Notes under the pieces: generated by a model
Told to the model about the DNA's origin: nothing
Seen by the model: the letters and a program-made list of their open reading frames with translations, nothing else
Database searches by the model: none
Position numbers and translations under genes: made by a program
Assembly: GCA_026026165.1 (NCBI GenBank)
Contig: JAPEUD010000042.1
Location: forward strand, 124,001-188,000
Direction of reading: 5' to 3'
From: Sarea resinae
Taxonomy: Eukaryota
DNA length: 64,000 nucleotides
Shown here: positions 51,283 through 64,000 of the stretch, one piece after another
Numbering within the stretch: position 1 is the stretch's first letter
How the letters are laid out: each line of letters begins with the position of its first letter

Positions 51283-54153
51283 ATGGACGAGGTTTGGACG
51301 TCCAATAGGAGTAGGGAATATCAACCTTCCGACCAGACCAGTTCTCCAAGAGATCTCTACACGCAGCTCGTCATCTCTATTGCCCTTGGCCTAAGCGCCT
51401 TTACGACCTTCTGCGTGAGTCGGCGGACAGCCAAAGTAAGAGAGAAACGATGCTAACATGTTGCGCCATGCTAGTTCCTGCGGCCGAGATGGACAGGGTT
51501 CTACGCTGCTCGAAAGAAACAGAAGGATGCTGCTTCTGCGCTGCCTGACTTGCCTGATTCCTTTTTTGGGTGGATTCCAGCGCTCTACAGAATAACAGAG
51601 GAGGAAGTCCTTGCATCGGCAGGGCTGGATGCGTTTGTGGTATGGGTGGCGCACATGAGATCTCTTCGGCTATGCTGACGAATTGCTGCAGTTCCTCTCA
51701 TTCTTCAGGATGGCCATCAAATTCCTGGCTATTGCCCTCTTCTTCTCGTTGGTGGTTATTCTCCCAGTCCACGTACACAATACTGGTGACTACGGCTTCC
51801 CTGGCAATGCTACCGACACATCTCCCGAGACCCGATTCGCCTACCTTGATCCGACCTGGGTAATGGATCCTGAGCACAGCATACTGTCAGAACCACAGAA
51901 GGGGAAACCTAAGTTGCCGACGAGGTATCTTTGGATGTATGTGGTCTTTTCGTACTTCTTCACTGCCGTTCTCCTATATCTTATGGTATCCGAGACGAAG
52001 AAGATAATCCGGATTCGCCAAGACTACCTTGGAACTCAGTCCACGGTGACGGATCGCACGATCCGCCTTTCGGGGATTCCGCCAGACCTGCGATCTGAAG
52101 TGAGAATCAAGAAATTCATAGAGAAACTCGAGATTGGGAAAGTTGAGAGCGTCACACTTTGTAGGAACTGGCGGGAGTTGGACAAGCTTATGTTGGAAAG
52201 GAAAAACCTTTTGCGGCGCCTCGAGGTAGCCTGGACCCTTCACCTTGGTCCTGGAACCGTTAATACCAGCCTGCAATCACTACCCGTTTCGGATCCAGAC
52301 TCTTCTGAGGTGCGGGCGAACCAAGATGAAGATGGTGAGGAGAGCAATCTTCTCGGTGCTGTGCACGATCAAAACCCTGAAACACCTTCTGCTCGCGAGA
52401 GGCCTACCACGAGACTATGGTACGGCTTCTTGAATCTGCAAAGCAAAAAGATAGATGCCATCGATTATTACGAGGAGAAGCTCCGCAGATTGGACGATAA
52501 GATCAAGGCTCTTCGCCAGCAAGAGTTCACGCCTAAACCACTTGCCTTCGTGACTATGGATTCTGTCGCTACCTGCGTAAGTTGGTATTATCTTTGAAGT
52601 CGTTCAATACTGATCTGTTCCAGCAAATGGCGGTGCAAGCCATCTTAGATCCTTCTCCTATGCAACTTCTGGCCAATTTGGCTCCTGCTCCGCCCGATGT
52701 TGTTTGGAAGAACACATATCTTTCTAGGTCCAATCGGATGATACGGTCTTGGAGCATAACGACCTTCATCGTCCTTCTCACAGTCTTCTGGTCTGTCTTA
52801 TTACTTCCGGCTGCCGGGCTGCTCAACCTGGAATCAATCCACAGATTCTGGCCACAGCTTGCGGACGCCCTTGAGATTCATCCAATCGTCAGCTCTCTAG
52901 TACAAACAGGTCTTCCTACTCTGTATATCTCTTTACTTAATGTGGCCGTGCCATATCTCTATGATTGTAAGCAATTGCCCGTCCACATTCAATGATGCCT
53001 CTAATTATGATCTTAGGGTTATCGAATCTACAGGGCATGACATCCCAGGGTGATGTAGAGCTCTCGGTTATTTCAAAGAACTTTTTCTTCACGTTCTTCA
53101 ATCTGTTCCTGGTCTTCACCATTTTCGGCACGGCTTCAAATTTCTACGGATTAGTCGACAACTTCCGCGACAGTCTCAAAGATACCACCCGTGTTGCGTA
53201 CACCCTTGCACGCTCTCTGGAGGCACTAGCACCGTTCTATGTCAACCTAATCGTCCTGCAAGGGTTGGGCCTCTTCCCTTTCAGGCTACTTGAATTTGGC
53301 AGCATGGCTTTATATCCCATCGGGCTGTTTGGCGCAAGGACACCAAGGGGTAAGTGCAGCACACATTCTGACGTAATTCCACCTAACATGTCAACAGACT
53401 ATGCGCAGCTTGTCCAGCCTCCGGTGTTTAGCTACGGATTCTATCTTCCCCAAACAATTCTCATCTTCATTATCTGCATCGTCTACAGCATCCTCTCAAC
53501 TTCCTGGCTCGTGCTACTCTTCGGCCTGGTCTACTTTCTCATCGGCAGTTTCACCTATAAATACCAGCTCCTTTACGCCATGGATCACCGACAGCACTCG
53601 ACTGGCCGTGCCTGGCCCATCATCTGTTACCGCGTAATGGTCGGTCTGCTCGTCTTCCAGGTCTCCATGGCTGGCGTCCTGGCATTGAAGTCCGCGTACA
53701 AGCGATCCATCCTACTCGTCCCACTTATACTGGGGACCGTATGGTTTAGCTATTTTTTCGCCCGAACGTTTGAGCCCTTGACGAGCTTTATTGCGCTTCG
53801 TAGTATCCATCGCAGTGAGCACCCGGGCGTGTTTGGAGGCGAAGACAGCGTTGCCTTCAATTCCCTCGATGCCCCGCCTGCTCCCGCTCACGGGAATGGC
53901 GGCGCTGCTGCTCGCCGCAGAAGAAAGACGATCGACGAGCAGCGTGAGACCGGCTTACATTTCGTCAACCCCAATCTTATTTCTCCGTAAGTGTTTAAGA
54001 ATCTTCTGAGTAGAGTTTGTTTGTATTGGTATGCTAATGACTTTTCTGTTTACTAGGCTCGAGGAGGTCTGGTTGGCGAACAAGAGTGCGGCACGGAGTG
54101 CTAATGGCTCTAACAACCACACTGCGCTCGATGATGGCGACGAGAATGTATAA
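51283..54153 (+). CDS. CSC1/OSCA/TMEM63 (DUF221, RSN1-like) calcium-permeable channel
   Basis: AGLDAFVFLSFFRM, TDRTIRLSGIP, AFVTMDS, APAPPDVVWKN, YKYQLLYAMDH. Introns 51415-51474, 51640-51691, 52577-52623, 52967-53016, 53350-53397, 53987-54056. Confidence 0.92.
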
Positions 54154-56557
54154 TGACACGGTGTCTTGACTTGCTGCCTTTGTAGGTACTACCTATACAT
54201 TGTACTTAATCCCTTTCGCCCCTTCTGTCTTGAGTCGGTTTGTTGGCTGGTGGGTTGTCTCCTTTGCATTTCGAGTGACCGAGCGTGCATTAGCGATTAG
54301 GTTATACGGGTGTTCTTTCCTCATTCTTGTCCTTGTTCTTGTTCTTGCATCTTTCGATACCACCACTTACTCCAACGGCCGTCTTTTGTATCAGGTAGTT
54401 ACTTCCCCGTAAGGGAGGAAATGTTTATAAATGTTTAATTTTTAGTCCCTTCAATCTCGACGTTGTTTACCTTCCAAGCTGCCTTGGCTTACCCGGCTTT
54501 AGTATGTTCTACTCGTTTGTTTACATGCCCTTTACCATTTTCCCCTTTACACTTACCTCTCACTTTTAAATGCCCTCGTACCTCACAGTACGCATCTCGT
54601 CTCTCGTACTTCGCATCTTCTCTCTTCTCCCGAATTTCTATCTTTTCGTGATCAAAACACCCCCCGCCCCCCGGCCTTCGTTTTTTTCTGTTTCTTTCTT
54701 CTCGCATGCAACACAACAGAGGCCGCGAGAACTATTCCATCTTCCAACTTCCGTCTTCCATCGTTCCTATCCAACACAACGTCTTCCCTCCCTACAGACC
54801 GTCAACCCAAACCCCCCCTACCTTACCTATTTGACCTACCTACTTAAGGTATATTTATCTCTCAACCACTACACCATAACACAATAAATCGCATCTCTTG
54901 CTCTCTTTCTCTCTCTCTCGTTTCTCTCTCCCTCGCTCCTTGATACTTTACCATACGATATTTTACGTTACTCTACTCTTCACTACTCTCCACAACGTCT
55001 ACTTCTACGTTTCCGTTTCTTTCTCACATACCTGCCAAGGATACCCATTCTGCGGACTCGATTCGATCGTACGTTAAGGGCACTTCTCCTGCGGCGCCTC
55101 GATTGCATCATCACCACCGGAAACCAACAGACACCACCAAACACCACAGTATACCAACGATAGGGTTCTGTGACAGAGACGGGCAGTCTGTTATCCACCC
55201 TTTTATTCTCCTGGCCCGGCTCTTCTTTTCCCTTTCTCATCTCTTCTCTCTGGTGTGTGCGTGAGGGAGACAGAGAAACAGGGACAGAGTGGTGGGATAG
55301 CTAGCTACATAAGTGGTTCCCCGCGCAACAACAGCGACAACGACCACGATAACAACGACAACGAAAACGGCAACGACGCGCCCAACTGCCCACGTTGAAT
55401 CTCCGCTGGGATTGTGCTACTGCTATCACACACTGCTGGATACCAGCTTCTCGTTCGAGAGACACTCGCATTCGCTCGCTCATTCGCTCGCTCACTCGCT
55501 TGGCTGCGGGCTTTTTGGGGGGGAAGGGTCCTTGCATTCGTTCCTCGGCGGATTATAGGTGCAGGGGTGGAAAGAGAGAGAGAGGGAGAGTTGTGTGATT
55601 GAGATATAGGAGGATCAGGACTGGTCTTGTTCAGTGCTATACGCCGATACGCCTATACGCCTGCACGCACCTACGCTCACGTTTAAGCTCAAAGCTCAAG
55701 CTCACTCTCTATAGAGCCAACACCCTTGTTCTTGGCCTCGTCAATTCTCTCCTGTGTGTGTGTATAATCGTCTGTTTGTCTGTCTGTCTGGTTAAGGGGA
55801 GGCGAACAAACCACTACCTCCTTGGCTGCCTGTCTGCCTGCCTGCCTGCCTGCCTGCCCCCTAGTCGCAACAGAACCTGGATTCTTCGGACTTTTCGTAT
55901 GCTCTGAGTTGCCATCGTTCTTTGCATTTTCTTCGCGATTTTGAGTACGGTTGGGCTGGGTTCTGGATTGGACTCAGGTCTGTGAACAGGAAGAAGGAGG
56001 TGAACACTGCTTCGAACACGAGCATAAGCACGGCGACACACACACAAGCACCGTCCCTCGACAGCTCACTTTGTCGAGCACATCCACCTACCTATCCACA
56101 CGCCGACGTATCACATAGACCCTCCCCTCCATGCTCACAAGCCTTGAAGCACCTGTGCCAATACTGTCTCCCCAGCAACGAGAGGAGAAGTCAGGGGCAA
56201 ATCCCTTGTCTACCGAAGACGACTTCTCAAATCATCCTGTCTCACGGCGTCGCCAGCCCGTCCTCTGATCCTGCGTCTTTGGTCCTACAGCCCTCGGCTG
56301 TGACCCTTTTTGCTGCTTCCTCTCTGCCTCTTCGGTGTTCGGTATCACAGCCTGAAGCACCACCAGCGGCATCGTTTTCTTCCGTTTCCCGGTCAGGGAC
56401 GCTACAGCTCGGGGCTATTAGTTCTTCCTCGTTGTTGCTGCCACGCTTTCAGTGTTTTTGCGCAGACTGCTACTCTTCTCCTTAATCTTGTTATTCGGAT
56501 AGAAAGACGGGCACTGTTGACGTACACAGCACTGCTGCCGTTGTTCCAGATAGTAAC

Positions 56558-59500
56558 ATGATCGACCGCACCAGCAGCGCCAAGCAATCCAACGGTCATT
56601 TGACCGTATATCCCTATTCCCAAGCAGCCACGCAACCACGAGCTTTGAATACTACGTCTTCTTCGTCATTGTACTCGGAGTACGAGTCAGCACTGGCTGA
56701 GCCTCTCCTTTCTGTCCCGGCGCATATGCAACTGCACCATCAGGCCACGACCCGTTCATCTTCAACGACAACGACGAGCCCAGACTCCACGGAGAACAAC
56801 ATCAGCCCTATCGGTTCCCTCAACCCCAACTCTCATCCCCACACACACGCAATCGAGCGCTCCCGCGTCGCGCAGATCCTCGAGACGCTCTTCCAAGAAC
56901 GCCAGCAGCGCAGCCCGTCGCCGACCTTGCTGCTCGACACCTACACCACGCTCGACTCGGACGCGGATCTTGACCAGGGCGAGCAAGGGTATAGTCCCGA
57001 AAGCAACGTTAGCGGCGTTCCGGACAGCAATGGATTCGGCACGCGGATGGCGCCTAGGAGGGCGGTCGTTGAGGGCGTGGGCGGCGGGGAGATGGAAGAA
57101 GGCGGTCGGTCAGGTGGGCATTGCGAGTCTGGTGGCTATGATCTTGGTCGTTGTGGTTATAGTCCTGGTTTGATGATGAAAAGGGAAGCATCGAAGCCGA
57201 TGAGACAGGGGCTTGATGAGAGCTCCGGTCGAGATGTTGCTGGTCCTGAGTTCGAGCCGGCGCAGCGCCAAAAGGGGCTAGATGAGGGCATGATTCTCGA
57301 ACCCCTGGCCCCGAAAGCGAATGCTGGGGGCTTGGAAGAAATTCTGTCGAGCGCAACGGAGGAGAATTCGATCTTCTCACGTCTCAGCTCGCCGAGTCGG
57401 ATGACTGACGCTCAAAATTACTCCCAGCTCTCACTGCTACCACTGGAGAGCTCGTCATCTTCTCAAGGTTCCGTCTCCCATCCCGCTCACCCAAAACCTG
57501 TCATACCTTTATGCTTTTTCAGGGCATTGCTCAGCTACATCGATCCCGAGGACTATGGCCGCCTCCGGCTTGTTAATCACTACTGGTCGGACTCCGTATC
57601 TCTTGCGTGCGTGTCTTCTATCTCATCCACGACAGCCCCATCGCCGTCCGAATTTCCACCTAGCCGTCAGTCTGATTCTGGATTTGGTTATCTCCCGACG
57701 GAAATCCTGCTGCAGATCTATTCGTATCTTGCACCTGTCGACTTCAACGCCGCAAGGCATTCCTGCCGGGCTTGGATGCTGGCGAGTTTGGACCGCAGCG
57801 TTTTGAAATGCATGCTGAGACGGGCGGGGTGGTGGAGTGCTGTTGTTCTTGCGGAGAACGCGAGACCTATAATGAGCATCGAGGATGAGCATCGTGCCGA
57901 TGTCGACGACTATGGAGACGGTGGCATCTGGAACCTCAGCAAACGCCTAGCCAGACAGTCTGCTCTGGGTCCTGCGTGGACAGGTCATGGTTTGGACAGT
58001 CGGGATCTTGGCTACTGCGACTTCTCGATTGCTCCTGCGCTCATCCCTGCGCCTCTTCGGCCCTCGTTGCGTTCACTTTTTGATCTGCCACATAGCAATG
58101 GCAGCAGAATGTTCTCTTCTACCTTCAACATGAGCAAGAACAAGGCCAGAGACGTGGAGTCTATTCCACAATCCGGCCTCAGGCTGATAACGGCTTTGGA
58201 CTTTTCGGCGCTTGGTTCTACGAATGCCGAGTTGACATTTCGCACCCCGATGCCGGAGACAATCATCACGGTCAGCGTCTGTGGGTCATACGTCGTTGTT
58301 GCCAGAGGCTGTCTCGTTTTTATCTACCGTCTGAATGGAGGCCGGAAAGGCGACGAGAAGATCCCGAGCGTAGAGCCCGTGAGCAGCTTGATCTGCCCCG
58401 CCAACGTCATCGCGACAAGTATGGATACTTCACATCAGCGATTCGCGGTTGCCGTGCTTCTGGAAGGCCGTGTTGGGCTGGTGTGCGATTTGAGACATGA
58501 ACCTGGCAGTGCCAATGAACATGATCCGCTCCAGAGGCCACGAACTAAATCTGACGCCTCGGATGATCTGCCTTCTTCATCTTATCATCGATATCGGGAC
58601 CAGGATCGTGGGCGAGACCCCAGCCGCGGAGGACCCATTGCCGATCATCAGATTGATGTCGACGTCGACGCCAACGATTCCAGTGGCCAGTGGCCCGGCC
58701 ACTATACGCGTCTGAAGCGGCAGTCCATATTCAGCACTGCCAACGGCCGCATTGTGGTTCCTCCCCGCGGACCGGCCTTGGGCTCCTCTGGCTCAACTTC
58801 CTCGTCCGGCCATGCCCATCTGACAGAGCGTTTCTCGCATCCTCCGGGCCGTCGCAGCATCTATCGTTCGTTGTGTGCATCGGACGACCCACCCCTAAGC
58901 GTGGCTATCTGCCCGCAACGTCGCTGTGTCGCTTTCGGGTGCTTGGCTGGCATCGAATTACACTGGGTTGATGCGCTCACGGGCCAGGATCTCAATCGCT
59001 GGTTCCCTCTCACCGCGCCGAGTGATTTTTTATACTTTGTGCCTCCGCGACGCGGCCTGGATTCGAACAAGAAGCTAAGGCTTATTTCATCGAAGAAAGC
59101 GCCCGTCCCCGGTGATGCTGATGCTGCGTCCTCCTCTGGATCTGGGCGGTTCTTCGGGGTGGCGTCCCCATGGGGACTTGGTGGTCTTGGTCCCGGTGCT
59201 GGTGGTACGGCCAGTGGGTTCTGGGGCTCTCGCTATGGAGCCGGAAGTATCGGAGGCGGTGTTTCGGCGACAACGACGACGGTCTTGCCGGCCCAGGGAA
59301 TTGATCACTATGGGGCTAGACCCCTTAGTGATGGGTATCATATCCTGTTCACAGACCCCGCGACCGGACTCCTCTGTCTTGGCTCCGACGCTCCGCTCGG
59401 CGGACCAACCAAATTGCTGCGCCAGGTGTTTCTTGTCGGACCCTCTGAGGAGGCCCAAGAGGGCAAGAAGTCCAAAGCTCAGACGCCTGCAATTTATGCG

Positions 59501-60262
59501 GCCGGTGCAGACCTTGAAGACGGCGTGCGGGTGGCCGCTGTTTACGGAGATGCAGTGTGGTTGTTTTCTGTGCCTGGGGATATATGGGGTTTCGTTAAGA
59601 CCAAGGGTAGGGGCACAGAGAGAGGGTGGATCGGCTGGACAGGCGTTGGTGCCGGTGCCAATCTCGACAACAGTGGCGACGAGGCCGGATGTCATGGCGC
59701 CTCCAGATACACAGGTTCGCCTGTGACGCCCCTCTACATGCAAGGCAAGCCCTTTGCGAACATGAAGAATATCGTCGACCTCGCGGTCCGTAATTCAAGC
59801 GAGGGACTCACGGTTTGGGCCTTTGGAGCGACTGGCCCTGTCGGTGTCTGGGGCGTCGATGATGGTGGTTCTGAAGTGGTCGAGGATATCAGAGCCCTGG
59901 CCGATGGACGCATCTTCGAGAGCTATGACCGCGAACGGGGTCAGAGGGACGGGTGTGGCGGAGGAGAAGATGACGTCGACGGTGCGGCAGATTTCGACCC
60001 CACTACTGTGCCCATGAAAGAGGATGTGCCGGCAGATTTAATTGATGGAAAGTCTGCTGTCGTCGTTGAGGCCGGACTCAAGGACTTCGATCTCGACAGT
60101 AATGGCGATCGATCAATCGACGTCCAGATGATTGATTTTGATCTCCTCACCGGGAGGTGGAAGCCTGTTGACTTGGGGCCCATTATCGTGGACAGCGAGG
60201 ATTTGGGCTTTGAGGTTCTTGAAGAGAGGGGAGGATTGGACCTCGATAAACTCAAATGGTAG
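56558..60262 (+). CDS. Large intronless F-box protein with conserved uncharacterised C-terminal region
   Basis: 1234-aa ORF with F-box LPTEILLQIYSYL...FNAARHSCRAW and C-terminal block SVAICPQRRCVAFGC..GIELHWVDALTGQDLNRWFPL. The true start codon is uncertain. Confidence 0.82.
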   Translation: MIDRTSSAKQSNGHLTVYPYSQAATQPRALNTTSSSSLYSEYESALAEPLLSVPAHMQLHHQATTRSSSTTTTSPDSTENNISPIGSLNPNSHPHTHAIERSRVAQILETLFQERQQRSPSPTLLLDTYTTLDSDADLDQGEQGYSPESNVSGVPDSNGFGTRMAPRRAVVEGVGGGEMEEGGRSGGHCESGGYDLGRCGYSPGLMMKREASKPMRQGLDESSGRDVAGPEFEPAQRQKGLDEGMILEPLAPKANAGGLEEILSSATEENSIFSRLSSPSRMTDAQNYSQLSLLPLESSSSSQGSVSHPAHPKPVIPLCFFRALLSYIDPEDYGRLRLVNHYWSDSVSLACVSSISSTTAPSPSEFPPSRQSDSGFGYLPTEILLQIYSYLAPVDFNAARHSCRAWMLASLDRSVLKCMLRRAGWWSAVVLAENARPIMSIEDEHRADVDDYGDGGIWNLSKRLARQSALGPAWTGHGLDSRDLGYCDFSIAPALIPAPLRPSLRSLFDLPHSNGSRMFSSTFNMSKNKARDVESIPQSGLRLITALDFSALGSTNAELTFRTPMPETIITVSVCGSYVVVARGCLVFIYRLNGGRKGDEKIPSVEPVSSLICPANVIATSMDTSHQRFAVAVLLEGRVGLVCDLRHEPGSANEHDPLQRPRTKSDASDDLPSSSYHRYRDQDRGRDPSRGGPIADHQIDVDVDANDSSGQWPGHYTRLKRQSIFSTANGRIVVPPRGPALGSSGSTSSSGHAHLTERFSHPPGRRSIYRSLCASDDPPLSVAICPQRRCVAFGCLAGIELHWVDALTGQDLNRWFPLTAPSDFLYFVPPRRGLDSNKKLRLISSKKAPVPGDADAASSSGSGRFFGVASPWGLGGLGPGAGGTASGFWGSRYGAGSIGGGVSATTTTVLPAQGIDHYGARPLSDGYHILFTDPATGLLCLGSDAPLGGPTKLLRQVFLVGPSEEAQEGKKSKAQTPAIYAAGADLEDGVRVAAVYGDAVWLFSVPGDIWGFVKTKGRGTERGWIGWTGVGAGANLDNSGDEAGCHGASRYTGSPVTPLYMQGKPFANMKNIVDLAVRNSSEGLTVWAFGATGPVGVWGVDDGGSEVVEDIRALADGRIFESYDRERGQRDGCGGGEDDVDGAADFDPTTVPMKEDVPADLIDGKSAVVVEAGLKDFDLDSNGDRSIDVQMIDFDLLTGRWKPVDLGPIIVDSEDLGFEVLEERGGLDLDKLKW

Positions 60263-60684
60263 GCAGCTCGTCGGTCATGTTGCTGGTCTGATAGATGAGA
60301 TGAAGTTGAAGGGAAGAGCAGATTGTGAGTTGAAGAGGACTGTCGTCAATGGTGGGATAGATGGATATTCAAGAATGGCCGGGCCGGGCCACTGAGACAT
60401 TGGGTAGAGGACAGTCTTGGCTTTACTCTTGAGTTGACTGGATAGATTAGATCCTAGATTGAGGTATTGGTGGACGCTCGTTTCTTGATCGTGGTGGACG
60501 ATAACTTGACTTTAGTTTACTTTATGGTCTATTTTGGTCCAGCTGGCAGTGTACTCTGTACGCTGCGGATCATGATTCCTATCCTCATTCCTAGATAGAC
60601 ACTTTAGAAATAGAAAACATCGCATGCTATTATGCTTTACTCCCAAATCTATGAAATAGCTATACAATAGAGAAGCAGCAGGGA

Positions 60685-63050
60685 CTACGAGATCGAGATG
60701 TTGATGATCTTGATGTCCTCCTCTGGCCGTTCCTTGAAGACTCTCGTATTCTCGATCCGGTGGACGACGTCTAATCCTTGAACTGCGCGGCCAAAGATGG
60801 TATGTTTGTTGTCGAGCCAGGGCTGTTTCATTCAAGAATAGCACTGCATTAGCTATATGTTTCATCAAGCGTCGTTGAGACGATTCCGAAAACGGAATGA
60901 GATGATCATACGACAAGAGAGAAGGAAAAGAATCAAGGAGGTGCTGGTAGATAGACATACCGTCTTCTCCGTTGTGATGAAGAATTGCGATCCGTTGGTA
61001 TTTGGACCGGCGTTGGCCATGCTGACCGTATACGGCTTGTCGTGTTTGAGGGTGGAGAACTCGTCGGCGAATTCGCGACCCCAGATGCTTTCGCCGCCGG
61101 TGCCATCGCCGAGAGGATCTCCTGTCTTTACAGGTCCATTGGGTCAGTTGTTGTTTTCTTTGTCACAGACTGATATCATCGAGAAAGATGGGTGCAACCA
61201 ACCTGAATCATGAATTTGCGTATTACACGATGGAAGAGGACGTTGTTGTAGTAGCCATTCCTGGCATGGGTGACGAAGTTCTCGACGGCTTTTGGGGCGG
61301 CGTCCGGAAAGAGGCGGATGTGGATGTCGCCGTAGGTGGTGTGGAGGACGGCCGATGTGCCGGTTTGAGCGGGCTTGGCCTCGGGCTGTTGTTGCGTGTT
61401 CAGATGGCGGGGCTTTTCGTTCTGAACGTCGCGGGTGGATTTGGAAATTCTGGAATGAAGGAACTGAGTTAATGTCTGCGCCGCGAGAAATATGAAGAGG
61501 TGAAGGTATATCCAAAGAGATGCTCACTCTTCATCGTTGGTAAACATGTAGAAGCGCACTTTTCCAGATCCTGTACAAACAAGCATCGGATCTCCAGCCT
61601 CGGCTTCTTGAAGAAGCGGATTGGCGCTTGCGGCCATGGAAACAGTGACAACGCCCTTTTTCTGTGGCTGGCCTTGATAGAGCGCGAGGTTCAACGATCT
61701 AAAAGGTTCGTCCTTGCCAAACACTCTGACGACGCGGTTGGTAAAAGTGTTGATGACTTTGACGCCGAGAAGAGAGCCGTAGAGGATGAAATGGCCGGAT
61801 TCATCAAAGATGACGTTGATTTTATTCTTGACTGCTGGATTCTCGAGTTCTCGTTCGGTGGCTAAGCGGCGTCCGAATTCGACGTCTTCTAGCTTTTGGA
61901 GAGCAGTGCCTGCTTGCTGCATTTCGGTTATAGTGATGAGAGATTCGTCGTATGTGCGATAGAGCTTTCCGGTAGGAAAATCGAAGACGCGCACTTTTCG
62001 ATCAGGGAAAGAGAACGTTGCAAATTGAGATCCTGTTGGTGATATTGTGATGGATGAAGGCACAGACTTGGCCTACGTGGACACAGTCAGTGATGAGAAC
62101 ATCTAATAGGGGCAAGCAATCTCGAACCTTTTTGAACTCAAACAAGTTTGTTGAACTTTTGAATTCGAATACGTTGTCAGGCTTTTCATAGTCGCCGCTT
62201 GGCCTCCAGTACTCTAGCATTCCACTTTCGTCCCCTGATATCACGCAATCATAAATGTCGTTGAAGGCCATGACCGATATTGGGCTTCGATGTAAACTTG
62301 CGATTGTGTGTATAGGCGTTTGGGATTCTCCTCTACCATCATAGATACTGATCGAGTGGCTGACTTCGTCCGACACTGCCAGCAGTGGCAATGAAGCTCC
62401 GCGCTTATGCACCCAGCAGACACATTTGGGTGTAATATCTAGGCTGAGCATCGCAAGAAGGTCTAAGTCACCCTGTCAGCAACTTTCAAGCAGGACCTTA
62501 AGCTTTAGCATACCAAAGGTAACAACATCGAATATCTTCACGGTTTTGTCGGAGCCGGCCGTCGCAAAGCTTCTCCCATCACTGCTTACGCTCACGCTTG
62601 TGATCTCCCCAAGGTGCGCCTTGAATTCCTTGACAAATTCGATTCCTACGGCTACCTTTTTCCAGAACTTCACCACTCCATCGACAGAGCTGGTAATGAC
62701 GAAATCAGTGGATGGTGTTACGGAGACGAAAGACAGCTGGTCTTTGTGCATCAGGGACTTCGAGTATCGCGGCGACGAAGGAAGGGCAGAAACATAAAGC
62801 TTCTCATGCCGCAGAACCCGGCGTTTCTTCTTGGGAGCAGCAGACGGTAGTGCGGGCCCTATGTCGTCTTCGGAAGAGGTGTCTAGAGATCACTGTGAGC
62901 TTGCGCATCGGGAGAAGCTTACAGCGCGCTATTACCTTCATCTTGAGTAGCAACTGCATTGGCGCCATTGTGGGCTTTGGCATCGCTTTCCTCGACTTCT
63001 GACCGGGAGCGCTTATTTGATCGCGGCGTACTGGAGCCATCTATCTCCAT
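60685..63050 (-). CDS. cyp15: WD40-repeat cyclophilin (Cyp15/PPWD1)
   Basis: [11 protein letters not shown]40 region, cyclophilin [49 protein letters not shown]. Introns 62935-62883, 62513-62463, 62127-62073, 61527-61450, 61202-61126, 60960-60823. Confidence 0.93.
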
Positions 63051-64000
63051 TTTGAAGCTTTTCTAATGTCGTTGACTGGATTGTAATATCATCGAACTGT
63101 TTCTCAATAATTTCGGCGATTCTCGATAGTCGGCGTACTCACGTCGCAAAACCCCGGCATCGCGAAAGTCGTACGCCACACGTGATCGTCATCATACAGA
63201 GAACTTATTTACTTCACGTACAGGGACAGAGCAGGAGACCCCTTGAAACTCACCAGGTTGCGACAGCTGGGCTCCTAGCGGGTGAATCGTTTCAGTCTAT
63301 TATAATGGTCTAGTATCGATTATAGTACAATTTTCGAAAGCTATGATGATCACTCGAAGCGCAGCACCATTTACCGTGTGAACATGCCGTGTACAGATAT
63401 CCTTCCGAACTCTTAACTTTTTCCAAATGTAATACCCGAGTCTGGCGGTCCTCTTCGACTCTGTGGATCTTACGCTTATTCCGAGATTCTACTGCTTGAC
63501 AGCTCCAGGCCTGGCTTTGAGAGCCCGTCCGTCACCGTAGCCGTTGACACGTCCATAGAGGAACTTGAGCGTGGCAGTGCTCATGCTCATGACCAGGGCA
63601 CTACCAGCAAACAACACCACTCGCCATGGCGGACTCAGAGCTTCAAAAAGCGGGTACGGGTACCTGCATCGACCGTCAGCTTGCTCGAATAATCTCGGTC
63701 ATCAAAAGGGCAGCTCGACCAGCCGTTGTGCTGATAGCAGTGCTCCACCCAGAACCAGTAGCCAAAAGCAAAAATCCCACTGACCCCCATCGTAGGGAGG
63801 GCAGTAATGGTCCACGGAGGCGAGAAGAAAAGTAGATCCAGAACGAGCACGATGCCCGGAACGGCATGGAATCCAAGGTCTTCACGTATCAGCAAAGGAG
63901 AATGATATGCGGTAAATTGCGGGCATACCAGCTCGAGGATCTAACCGCACCCAGTCGGGCATGACCAATTTTTTGTCAATCTGAATTTCCATTCAGCTTG

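Noticed and set aside
53013..53021. TTAGGGTTA, a perfect telomerase-template complement
   Set aside because: It spans an intron acceptor and coding exon of the CSC1 gene, so it is most likely a chance match.
63245..63258. GAAACTCACCAGGT resembling a segment of 18S rRNA
   Set aside because: Only about 14 nt with no adjacent box D on the antisense strand; likely coincidence or a splice-donor word.
63565..64000. Possible start of a gene divergent from cyp15 (ATG 63626 with donor-like GTACGG)
   Set aside because: Frames close quickly and no recognisable protein emerges; it cannot be resolved at the window edge.

Overview
Gene-dense, intron-rich fungal (Pezizomycotina-type) nuclear DNA. It holds 17 protein genes: the 3' part of telomerase reverse transcriptase (TERT), a TBC Rab-GAP, a DHA14/AflT-type MFS efflux pump, HEL2/ZNF598, a DEK-C/SWIB protein, eIF3b, a DUF3602/Par32-like protein, velB, MSH4, RSA4/Notchless, a GNAT acetyltransferase, a PTH11-like membrane protein, an APC amino-acid permease, IRE1, CCT2, a CSC1/OSCA channel, an F-box protein and the WD40-cyclophilin Cyp15/PPWD1 (18 counting truncated TERT). 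There is also one intron-containing tRNA-Ala(AGC). Intergenic DNA is very rich in microsatellites. I saw no transposon ORF or CRISPR. Exon boundaries were read by hand from GT/GC...branch...AG signals and reading-frame continuity; no searches were run. The most notable observations are: (i) MSH4 has 14 introns, including GC and TT|GTCTAT donors and a 15-nt microexon carrying the Walker A core, and shares a short divergent promoter with RSA4; (ii) TERT has weak donors and a possibly nested intron; (iii) a nested-helix ncRNA candidate with telomerase-RNA-like hints lies between IRE1 and CCT2 (speculative); (iv) velB has a stop-free, frame-preserving 180-nt intron. No new system is established from sequence alone.
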